Positions 14,323 to 22,115 of a DNA stretch of 32,000 nucleotides are shown piece after piece. Within the stretch, counting starts at the first letter, position 1. Every line of letters begins with the position of its first letter. The notes under the pieces were generated by a model. That model made no database searches. It had not been told where the DNA came from and saw only the letters and a list, made by a program, of their open reading frames with translations. The stretch spans positions 360,001 through 392,000 of the forward strand of contig BPGA01000001.1 in NCBI GenBank assembly GCA_026002795.1. The letters are read 5' to 3'. The translations under genes and the position numbers were made by a program. The stretch is from Candidatus Saccharimonadota bacterium. GTDB taxonomy: Archaea > Nanobdellota > Nanobdellia > Pacearchaeales > GW2011-AR1.

Positions 14323-14829
14323 TCAAGCTCTCTCTAATGAAACTGTTCTATCTGTGAATTCTTTTAAAATTCTAATTTTAATTTTTCCGCCGTTAGAATT
14401 GATACAATAAGGATTTTCTTCAGAAGTTATTTCTTCAATATTTATGTTTTTTATTGAGGCAGAATCTATACCAGTGTGTTTTATAGGATAAAATACCATG
14501 TTTTCAGATCCTTCTTTTACTTTCTTTAATTCAACATAAATTAATGAGTCTTTTCCTTTTGAAGGAACTGAAAAATCAACAAAACAAACTTTTGTGTATT
14601 TTGTTGGAATGAAATACTCTCTTACTTCTGAGCTTTGTGAGCTTTTCCATGCAGTATCAACATCTGCTTGCAATTCTTTTATAAAATTTCCTGCTTTTGC
14701 ATTATCTTGAAACCTCAAAAAAGCCCTTATGCCATAAAAACCAAAAATTAGAAAGAAAATTATTAGAATTATTGAGATTATCATTCCAAAAGAAATCTGC
14801 ATTTGTGATTTTTTAGTTCTTTTTTTCAT
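14323..14829 (-). CDS. Class III signal peptide (type IV pilin-like) protein, 168 aa from ATG 14829
   Basis: N-terminus MKKRTKKS|QMQISFGMIISIILIIFFLIFGF. The track start at 14844 is a TTG; the ATG five codons downstream gives the same short basic leader as the paralogs. Two Cys. ATTAATAAA sits about 29 nt upstream of ATG 14829 and is a possible internal promoter. Confidence 0.65.
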   Translation of the reverse strand: MKKRTKKSQMQISFGMIISIILIIFFLIFGFYGIRAFLRFQDNAKAGNFIKELQADVDTAWKSSQSSEVREYFIPTKYTKVCFVDFSVPSKGKDSLIYVELKKVKEGSENMVFYPIKHTGIDSASIKNINIEEITSEENPYCINSNGGKIKIRILKEFTDRTVSLERA

Positions 14830-14980
14830 TATGATTAAAATCAAAAACAGTTTATTAATCTAACTTTTCATTGGCATTAACATAATAAATTTTTAAAATA
14901 AAAATAAGATTTATTTCAAAAGTTAAGGAAGTATAAATTTAATGAAGTGTACTTTCTTTTTACAAAAATTAAATTTTTTA

Positions 14981-17401
14981 TTAAACTTGGAAAGCTTTTG
15001 CAATTAAAGTACATCCGTTTACAGGAGGCTGATTTCCAAATTTATCTTGACATTTTATGTAGAAGTTTTTATTAGGATCCCAAGAAACAGTGTGTTCTAT
15101 GTTGTTTCTTGTTGTCATGTTTGATCCGTCTTCCATGTTGTATGTACACGCTATTTTGTCAGAAGTACTATAAACACAAGAAGATTCTTCATCAGTTATA
15201 ACTTTTAGATTATTTTGATCACTGAAAACTCTTACAATAACTGGCGGTTCTTTATCTACTTCAACTCTAAAGTTTATTTGCTTTGTGTCTATATTACCGC
15301 CTAAATCAATACAACTTACATAAAATGTATGATCTCCCTGAACAAGATTTAATTCTTGCTGATGTTTGTTAGTTCCTGTTGTGAGAAACTGAATATATGT
15401 TCCCTCTTCTCCAGTATCACTATAAGAGCATATTGCTTCTCCATTTTTGTAGCCAGCAAAAGTTTCTGCTTCTAGAGTTACTTTAACAACCCTTGTAGAA
15501 TCTTTTATTGTTGTTGAGTTAGGAGCTAGAGAAGAAATTATTAAAGGCCTTGTTCCAATTAAAGTATACTTGTATGATTGTTTGTTTACATTTCTTCTTG
15601 ACTCATTTTCAGTTCCTTTTAAATGAGGCTGGTCTAAACATCTAAAGTAAAATACATTATCTTGCCTGTCTTTTAATCCAGTTAAAGTTGTTTTACATTG
15701 ATATGCTTGTCTGTTGTTAAAGTTAAATAAATTTTGTTCACATTCCATGTTATTTTCCATGTTTTCATAACTCTGATCTAGTGTTGACCATTTGCATTCT
15801 GAAGGTTCATTTAGATAGGCACTAATGTTTATTTCTGTTGTATTACTAGATATTGGTTTACCGTTTGGAAGAGAAAAATCAAGAATTAGAGGAGGACTTG
15901 TGTCTGGACCCTGATCAACACAAAATCTAAAGACAATGTTGTTTAAATTAAAGTTTCCATTAACATCCTGACATCTAGTGTAAATAGTGAATTCTCCGTT
16001 GCTCTTTAATGTTATATCTTCAGATTGTAATGCTTCAGTACTTGGTATTTGTATTGTTTCAGAATGATTATATCTATTGAGAGAACTTCCTCCAAAGTAT
16101 CTAGACATGCTTTCAAAATCTCTTTTATTTACAACATCAAGCTTGCATTTTCCTGGTTCGTTTAAAGTAACGCCAAATCTTAAAGGAGTATAAGGCTGTA
16201 CACAACCATTAACATTATTTTCAGGAACAATTCTATAACCTCTGTCTGGAGGAGAGGTTTTGTCATCTGGAATATATTTATAACCTAAAGGTAAAACATC
16301 ATTCCAAGGAGTTATTACAGGAGGAGTTGTGTCATCTTTTCTTAACCAAGCGCATTTTTCTTCTGGAGTTCCTTTGTTTATAATTTCACAAGCCTGTCCA
16401 AGGCTTTTACATCTGTATTCAGTACAAGGAATATCTCCTTTATTACACTCTTCACAATTCTGGCCGCCTGTTACAGCATCCCATGGCAAACAAGAAAATT
16501 CAACAGCATCATAGCGCGTTTTTTTGAAGCTTAAAGCAAAAATAAGCGCTCCAACTACAGCTCCACCTATTAAAGCCACAACAGTACTTGCGCCAAATAC
16601 ACCTGCAAGAACTCCCTTTCCAAAAAAATAACCACCAGCTAATCCCCGAGAAAAAGCTTCTCTAAATTCAGGAGATCCTATTTTTAAAAAATTTAAGACA
16701 AATTTAGTTCCGAAATAAATTGCAACCGCTACTCCAGCATTTTCAATTAATCCTCCAAGAGTTGTCTTTCCAACTTTTGTTGATAAAATTCCTCCTAAAA
16801 ATCCTCCACCTGTCTGTTTTCCAGCTTCACCACCTTGTTGAGTATCTCCTTTTTTTGATTTGTTTAGTATTCTATCCAGCTCTCTTTGACCTATATCAGA
16901 TATTTTTCTTTCTGCAGCTTTTACAGGGATATCCGCTACAGTGGGTACTATACCTTTAATAACTGAATCTCTTTGCTTATTTCCAGAAGATTTTGTAAGA
17001 CTAGGACAGCTTTTTATTACAGAACTTTTTAAAGTGTACTGGCCGCTTCCTCCGCTAGCTTCAGCAGGATCATTGCAGAGTTGCTTTCTAAAACCCTCTC
17101 CTAACCAATTCCTACAAAAATAATTTATTGTATAAACTTTTCCTGTATAATCACCAGAAGGCTCTACACAATTACTATAACAAACAACATTATTTCCATC
17201 AATTCTCCAATAAGCTCCGCTACCAATTTGTACACATTGAGAAGTTTGTGTTTGCTGGGCGCTAACTAAATTATCTCTTGAAATTAAATAAGAAAAAGCA
17301 AAAATACTTAAAGTCATTAGAATTATTTCTAAAAAAACAACAAAATTCTTTTTAATTTTTTTATTAAACTTTTGTTTTTTATCAATTTTTTGAAATTTCA
17401 T
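14981..17401 (-). CDS. Large multi-domain envelope protein (806 aa): N-terminal anchor, Cys-rich modules, Gly-rich hydrophobic segment, four tandem beta-sandwich repeats
   Basis: N-terminal TM (FVVFLEIILMTLSIFAFSYLI). A 6-Cys module at aa 56-132. A Gly-rich hydrophobic region at aa ~186-292 (GGGFLGGILS...AGGYFFGKGVLAGVFGASTVVALIGGAVVGALIFALSF). A 7-Cys knot at aa 304-350. Four repeats of ~90-140 aa, each opening with a Pro-rich strand (TTPPVITP, TSPPLILD, TRPLIISS, EPPVIVRV) and ending with Y..C.D..GN (YTRCQDVNGN, YFRCLDQ, YVSCIDLGGN, YIKCQDKFGN). Confidence 0.7.
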   Translation of the reverse strand: MKFQKIDKKQKFNKKIKKNFVVFLEIILMTLSIFAFSYLISRDNLVSAQQTQTSQCVQIGSGAYWRIDGNNVVCYSNCVEPSGDYTGKVYTINYFCRNWLGEGFRKQLCNDPAEASGGSGQYTLKSSVIKSCPSLTKSSGNKQRDSVIKGIVPTVADIPVKAAERKISDIGQRELDRILNKSKKGDTQQGGEAGKQTGGGFLGGILSTKVGKTTLGGLIENAGVAVAIYFGTKFVLNFLKIGSPEFREAFSRGLAGGYFFGKGVLAGVFGASTVVALIGGAVVGALIFALSFKKTRYDAVEFSCLPWDAVTGGQNCEECNKGDIPCTEYRCKSLGQACEIINKGTPEEKCAWLRKDDTTPPVITPWNDVLPLGYKYIPDDKTSPPDRGYRIVPENNVNGCVQPYTPLRFGVTLNEPGKCKLDVVNKRDFESMSRYFGGSSLNRYNHSETIQIPSTEALQSEDITLKSNGEFTIYTRCQDVNGNFNLNNIVFRFCVDQGPDTSPPLILDFSLPNGKPISSNTTEINISAYLNEPSECKWSTLDQSYENMENNMECEQNLFNFNNRQAYQCKTTLTGLKDRQDNVFYFRCLDQPHLKGTENESRRNVNKQSYKYTLIGTRPLIISSLAPNSTTIKDSTRVVKVTLEAETFAGYKNGEAICSYSDTGEEGTYIQFLTTGTNKHQQELNLVQGDHTFYVSCIDLGGNIDTKQINFRVEVDKEPPVIVRVFSDQNNLKVITDEESSCVYSTSDKIACTYNMEDGSNMTTRNNIEHTVSWDPNKNFYIKCQDKFGNQPPVNGCTLIAKAFQV

Positions 17402-17415
17402 TTTTGAGTTTATTC

Positions 17416-19077
17416 TTAACCTTTATAATCTTCACTCCATCTTACTATACTTCTATTTATGAAACCTTTTTGACCAAGATAATTTAGCTTTTCACCACAA
17501 TCTCCTAAAGAGATACACATATTCATTTTTTCAGCAAACCATTTGTTGTTGGTAGTTGCTTTTTTTATACTATCACCTTTTTTTAATCCTAAACACTCAC
17601 AATTCTCTTTACACTCCCAATCACCTAATAATCCTTTTTGAAATTTTACAAGGCAAGTATCACTAGCTATTGCGCATAATTCATCTGCATTTCCTTCTTC
17701 CCAAAAATTAAATCCAGGAGGATAAAGAGGAAGGCAGCTAGCTCCTTTTCTAGTGTCATCTTTTTTTCTCTCGACAAGCTCTCCTCTTTCATTTACAACT
17801 AAAGGATTTCCAGAATCATCTTTTAAAATACTCTGTCCTTCTACCCATTTACAATCTCTAACATCTCTATTTTCACAATCTTGCTTGCTTGTTTGTAAAA
17901 CACAATCATCCCATCTATTAGCAACACAGCCAGCTGACTTAAATCCAGGAACAACTTCTTCTTCTATACATACAGTATTTCTAAAAGGATCACAAAGAGT
18001 AACAGTAACCTCACCACTATAACAAGCAAATACAGCATGTTCAGACCCTGGAGAATTTTCATTTCCTTTTGTTCCAGTTGTTCCGCACCATCTTTCTCCG
18101 TGTTGATATGTTTTTCCTTGATATTTACAACTTAAATCAGCACAAACAAAATCACCATATGAAGGTTTTACAGGAGTTTGAGGATCGTTTCTTCTATATG
18201 CTTTACATAGACTTCCGAGCAAATAATTACAATTTCCACAGCTTGCAGAATTTGCGTTGCTTGAATCAGGATTACAACTTTCAGCTGGATCTTTTATGTA
18301 AGTCCAGTACTCTTGATTGTTAACTTTTGATGAATCATAAACATTAGCAATATTACCACAGCTATCAATAAAGTAAACTTCATCTTTATTTTCAACACAC
18401 GTTGTTTTTGAAGTTGGAGCGCATTGTGTTGCTAAAACTTCTGCCGTGCATAAAAGTCCTTCATGAAACTGAACTTTTGTGTCTGAGGAGGATTTTTTTT
18501 CAAGAGAGATACACTCTGATCTTGTTGTTCTCTTACAACTTCTCTCAAATCCTTTTTCTAAAACACAAGCTCCTTCAACATCAGGATTTGCGCTTAAAAT
18601 ACATTCACTTTCAGAGTTTATATCTGGTCTGAAAGTTGTATTAGTTCCATAATCAGAGGCTAAAGTTTTACATCTTATTTGATTTACAAATGCAGTGTTT
18701 TGTCCTATAAAGCAGCAACCACGTTTGCATTGTGGAATTTCATCTTCTTTTTTATCAAACCAAACTCCTCCAGAATTTTGACAAACAATCTGAGGAGTAT
18801 TTCCCGTACACTGGCCAGTATTTACATTTACACATGTTCCTAATTTACAATAAGATGTTGATTCACAAGAAGTTGGAGCTTTTCTGAATCCAGAAGCACA
18901 TTCTGCAGGAGGAGAAGGCTGACACCAATTTCCTGCTGTTGTTTTTTCACAACAAAACGATTGTTGTTGCTCTTGAGCAGAAATTCTCTTATTCAAGAAA
19001 ATGAAGAATAAAGCAAACACAAACAAAATTACAACTAAAAACACAAAACCTCTTTTGATTTGTTTTTTATCTAACAT
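17416..19077 (-). CDS. Cysteine-rich secreted/anchored protein (553 aa, 43 Cys by my count), unknown family
   Basis: The N-terminus MLDKKQIKRG|FVFLVVILFVFALFFIFL could be either a class III or an ordinary signal (ISA|QEQ). The rest has a Cys every ~12 residues, including CC pairs (SFCCEK, RGCCFI, ENCEC). I recognise no family motif. 14-nt and 16-nt gaps to the flanking cluster genes. Confidence 0.7.
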   Translation of the reverse strand: MLDKKQIKRGFVFLVVILFVFALFFIFLNKRISAQEQQQSFCCEKTTAGNWCQPSPPAECASGFRKAPTSCESTSYCKLGTCVNVNTGQCTGNTPQIVCQNSGGVWFDKKEDEIPQCKRGCCFIGQNTAFVNQIRCKTLASDYGTNTTFRPDINSESECILSANPDVEGACVLEKGFERSCKRTTRSECISLEKKSSSDTKVQFHEGLLCTAEVLATQCAPTSKTTCVENKDEVYFIDSCGNIANVYDSSKVNNQEYWTYIKDPAESCNPDSSNANSASCGNCNYLLGSLCKAYRRNDPQTPVKPSYGDFVCADLSCKYQGKTYQHGERWCGTTGTKGNENSPGSEHAVFACYSGEVTVTLCDPFRNTVCIEEEVVPGFKSAGCVANRWDDCVLQTSKQDCENRDVRDCKWVEGQSILKDDSGNPLVVNERGELVERKKDDTRKGASCLPLYPPGFNFWEEGNADELCAIASDTCLVKFQKGLLGDWECKENCECLGLKKGDSIKKATTNNKWFAEKMNMCISLGDCGEKLNYLGQKGFINRSIVRWSEDYKG

Positions 19078-19093
19078 TTTTGCTTATGTTTTT

Positions 19094-19900
19094 TTAGTAT
19101 ATTGCTATTCTTGATGCTTCATGTCCTGGAGACCATTCTAAGCTTCTTGAAGCAAATTGAAATTTATCTCCGCTTCTTCTGTCTGTTATAATATAAACAA
19201 CTCCCTCTCTTTCTCTTGATATTTTTTCAACTTTAATCCACCTAAATATGTCCATGTAAATTGTAGGATCAGCATCTCCTAATGAAGCTTCAAACTCAAG
19301 TATACTATTAGCAATCCAAACAAGTTCATAAAGATTACTGTTCACAACAATCTCAAAATCTTTAAATGTTTGTGTGTTTCCTTTTGTTACAGTTATTTCA
19401 TTAGTAGTATTAACAATAATTCTTTTAGGCACAAGCCTGACATTTAAATTTCCTTTCTTAAAGTTAACATTGTAACCTCTATCTTCATAATTTCTCACGA
19501 GCTGATTAAAACAAAAATTAAACTCTTCTTCAATTTCTTTTTTAATTTCATTTTCTATATGACTCTGTAAAAAAGGTTTTTGAACAACACATGTTTTAAA
19601 ATCTTCTGCAGTGTAACAAGCATACTCTATTTTATAACCTTTATACTCTAGATAACCTTCTGGATTTGCGCTTCCTCCTTGTAAAGAGATAGTTTCAATA
19701 GCATTATTTAGAGATTCCTCAATACAATTTTGTATGAATGTCTGAGGATTTGTTTCTTCAAATCTTTCAGTTGTTCTTGCACTTCTATTTAAAAAATAAA
19801 TAGACAAAATTGCACCAACTGCTAAAATAGCTATTATAATAAAAATAGCAACCTGGCCTTTCTTAAAAAAAGAACCACCCCTTTTTAAAAAATTTCTCAT
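19094..19900 (-). CDS. Class III signal peptide (type IV pilin-like) protein, 268 aa; first gene of the cluster
   Basis: N-terminus MRNFLKRGGSFFKKG|QVAIFIIIAILAVGAILSIYFL, the textbook archaeal prepilin motif KG|Q followed by a hydrophobic helix. Four Cys. TTTTTAAAT sits about 30 nt upstream of the ATG. Confidence 0.7.
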   Translation of the reverse strand: MRNFLKRGGSFFKKGQVAIFIIIAILAVGAILSIYFLNRSARTTERFEETNPQTFIQNCIEESLNNAIETISLQGGSANPEGYLEYKGYKIEYACYTAEDFKTCVVQKPFLQSHIENEIKKEIEEEFNFCFNQLVRNYEDRGYNVNFKKGNLNVRLVPKRIIVNTTNEITVTKGNTQTFKDFEIVVNSNLYELVWIANSILEFEASLGDADPTIYMDIFRWIKVEKISREREGVVYIITDRRSGDKFQFASRSLEWSPGHEASRIAIY

Positions 19901-19950
19901 TATATTAATACAACAAACACATTTAAAAATTATTTGTCTTTTTAAAAAAC

Positions 19951-20676
19951 CTAATCTTCTGTTTCAACTCTTGGCGCTAAAAGAAAAGACAATTCAAGAA
20001 AATCATTTTTTATATCCATTTTTAAAGGATGATCATCAGCAAAACTTAAAACAACCTTTTCAGAGAGTTTAGCTGCTTTTATAAACTTTTGAAGATACTC
20101 TAGGCTGTATTTTGCTTTGCAATTTTCTGCCTGAATTTTTGCCTCATCGCCAGAAAATTCAGACATAGCTGAATTTAAGCTTCTTGCCTCTATTAAAAAT
20201 TTTCCATTTTCAACTATAAAAGCACAAGAATCAGAAACTACTATGCAATCTTCTATAGAATCTATAAAATCATTAGAGTTAAGCTCCACAATAGCAGTAT
20301 ATTCAAGATTTGGCATCTCTTTCTCTTCTGACTCAATATCAATTAAAGATAAATTAAAATTTCTTGTGATTCTATCATGAATTTGTATATTCAAAAAGCT
20401 GTCTTTTTTCTCTAAAACTAGGGAGCTTCCTGTACCGCATCTTTTTAAGATTTTTTTGAAATTTTCAAGATTTATTCCTAAAACTTCTTCATCTGTCTCA
20501 AATACAGAAAAAGAATCCCTTGGCAGCAAAAATCTGACCATAGAAACATTTGCAGGATCTATTGCAGTTATACTCAATCCTAAAGAATTGACTTTTATTC
20601 TTACCTCTGTTACAAGTTCTGATATAATTTCAATTACTCTTGTAAAAAGCAACGGATTTTCAAGTTTTACTAGCAT
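19951..20676 (-). CDS. pcn: DNA polymerase sliding clamp PCNA
   Basis: 241 aa with the typical PCNA pattern: FTRVIEIISELVTEVRIKVNSLGLSITAIDPANVSMVRFLLPRDSF...LGINLENFKKILKRC... and a C-terminal LSFLLAPRVE. Confidence 0.9.
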   Translation of the reverse strand: MLVKLENPLLFTRVIEIISELVTEVRIKVNSLGLSITAIDPANVSMVRFLLPRDSFSVFETDEEVLGINLENFKKILKRCGTGSSLVLEKKDSFLNIQIHDRITRNFNLSLIDIESEEKEMPNLEYTAIVELNSNDFIDSIEDCIVVSDSCAFIVENGKFLIEARSLNSAMSEFSGDEAKIQAENCKAKYSLEYLQKFIKAAKLSEKVVLSFADDHPLKMDIKNDFLELSFLLAPRVETED

Positions 20677-20788
20677 TTTTTTTAAAAAATTAATGAACTT
20701 TTAAGTATTGTTATTTTAGACTATCTATAGTTTATATATTTTCTTGCTTAAAACATAAATATAAATAACTCTTTATTATTCTTAAAAA

Positions 20789-22072
20789 ATGGATAAAATA
20801 GAAAAAATCAAGAGAGTTGCTCTTATTTATTATTCAAGACCAGAAGTTCAAGAAGCAATATTCAATTTTTCTAAAAATAGAGAGTTTATTCCAAAGTATT
20901 TTGATATTTTCGGAAAAAGACCAGATTCTCTTCAGTACAAAGGAGATATTTTTGAGTTTGTTAAGAAAGGAGCTACAAGCTTCCACTGTTCTCAAGAATT
21001 GTGGAAAAATCCTTTAGACTTGTCTACTGAAAAAACAGAAAAAGAGCTAAATGAAATGAGAATTGGATGGGATCTTGTTCTTGATGTTGATTCTAAGTAT
21101 TTTGATTATAGTAAAATTTTAGCAGAATTAATAATTGAAGTTTTAAGATTTTATGGGGTTAATAATTTCCTATTAAAGTTTTCTGGAAGCAAAGGATTTC
21201 ATATCATTATTCCTTGGAAAGCTTTTCCAGAAGAGCTTAATGGAATAAAAACAAAAGATATGTTTCCTGAATGGCCTAGAATAATTACTAAATTTTTAAT
21301 TGAAACAACTAAACCAAAACTTACAGAAAGAATTTCAAAACTTTTGAATTTAAGCAAGCACGTTCTTGATAGAGAAGCAATAAAAAAAGTTATGCCTGAT
21401 CTTATTCTTGTTTCATCAAGACATTTATTTAGAGCGCCTTATTCTTTACACGAAAAAACTATGTTAGCTAGTGTTGTCATAAATCCGGAAGAGATAAAAA
21501 ACTTTGACTTAAAAGACGCAAACCCATTAAACCTAAAAATTAAAAAATTTAATGATTTTAATCAGAATGTCAAAGAAGGAGAAGCAAAAAAACTTCTCAT
21601 TGAAGCTTTAGATTTTTTTAAATCAGAAAATCCAGATTTTAGTTTAGAAAAAAACGAAAAAACAGAAGATTTTAGAAAAATAAAAATAGAAAAACTTTCT
21701 GAGGAAATTTTACCTCCAACAATTAAAAAAATTCTTCAAGGAATGGAAGACGGCCGGAAAAGATCTTTATTTATTCTTATAAATTTCTTTAGAGCAATTG
21801 GCTTAGAAAAAAATGAAATTGAAAATATTATTTTTGAATGGAATAAAAGAAACAAAGTTCCATTGAAAACAGGTTATATAAAAGCTCAGCTTTCTTGGAG
21901 TTATAGAAACAAAATAGTGCCCCCGCCTAACTATGATAAGGATTATTATTTAGGTATAGGCATAATACCAACAGAAGAAGAAATGAGACTAAAAAACCCG
22001 GTAAATTTTGTTTCGAGAGTTGTAAAGAGTTTAAATAAAAATTCTAAAGGCAGTAAAAGAAAATCAAAATAG
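20789..22072 (+). CDS. priS: DNA primase catalytic subunit PriS fused to a PriL-CTD-like helical domain
   Basis: AEP motifs I (WDLVLDVDS), II (FSGSKGFHIIIPW) and III (RHLFRAPYSLHEKT). From about aa 305 (nt ~21701) comes LPPTIKKILQGMEDGRKRSLFILINFFRAIGLEKNEIENIIFEWNKRN...YIKAQLSWSYRNKIVPPPNY. This resembles the PriL C-terminal domain but lacks its Cys ligands. The protein ends in a Lys-rich tail. Confidence 0.85.
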   Translation: MDKIEKIKRVALIYYSRPEVQEAIFNFSKNREFIPKYFDIFGKRPDSLQYKGDIFEFVKKGATSFHCSQELWKNPLDLSTEKTEKELNEMRIGWDLVLDVDSKYFDYSKILAELIIEVLRFYGVNNFLLKFSGSKGFHIIIPWKAFPEELNGIKTKDMFPEWPRIITKFLIETTKPKLTERISKLLNLSKHVLDREAIKKVMPDLILVSSRHLFRAPYSLHEKTMLASVVINPEEIKNFDLKDANPLNLKIKKFNDFNQNVKEGEAKKLLIEALDFFKSENPDFSLEKNEKTEDFRKIKIEKLSEEILPPTIKKILQGMEDGRKRSLFILINFFRAIGLEKNEIENIIFEWNKRNKVPLKTGYIKAQLSWSYRNKIVPPPNYDKDYYLGIGIIPTEEEMRLKNPVNFVSRVVKSLNKNSKGSKRKSK

Positions 22073-22115
22073 TGCTCTAAAAATATTTAAAAACAATATT
22101 AGCTTTTAAATAATA

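Noticed and set aside
16329-18632. Six plus-strand ORFs of 60-89 aa inside the two Cys-rich giant genes (16329-16514, 16720-16959, 16941-17123, 17753-18022, 18069-18323, 18402-18632).
   Set aside because: All are antisense to long, internally consistent ORFs with signal peptides and repeat structure. The translations are Leu/Phe/Ser-rich noise.
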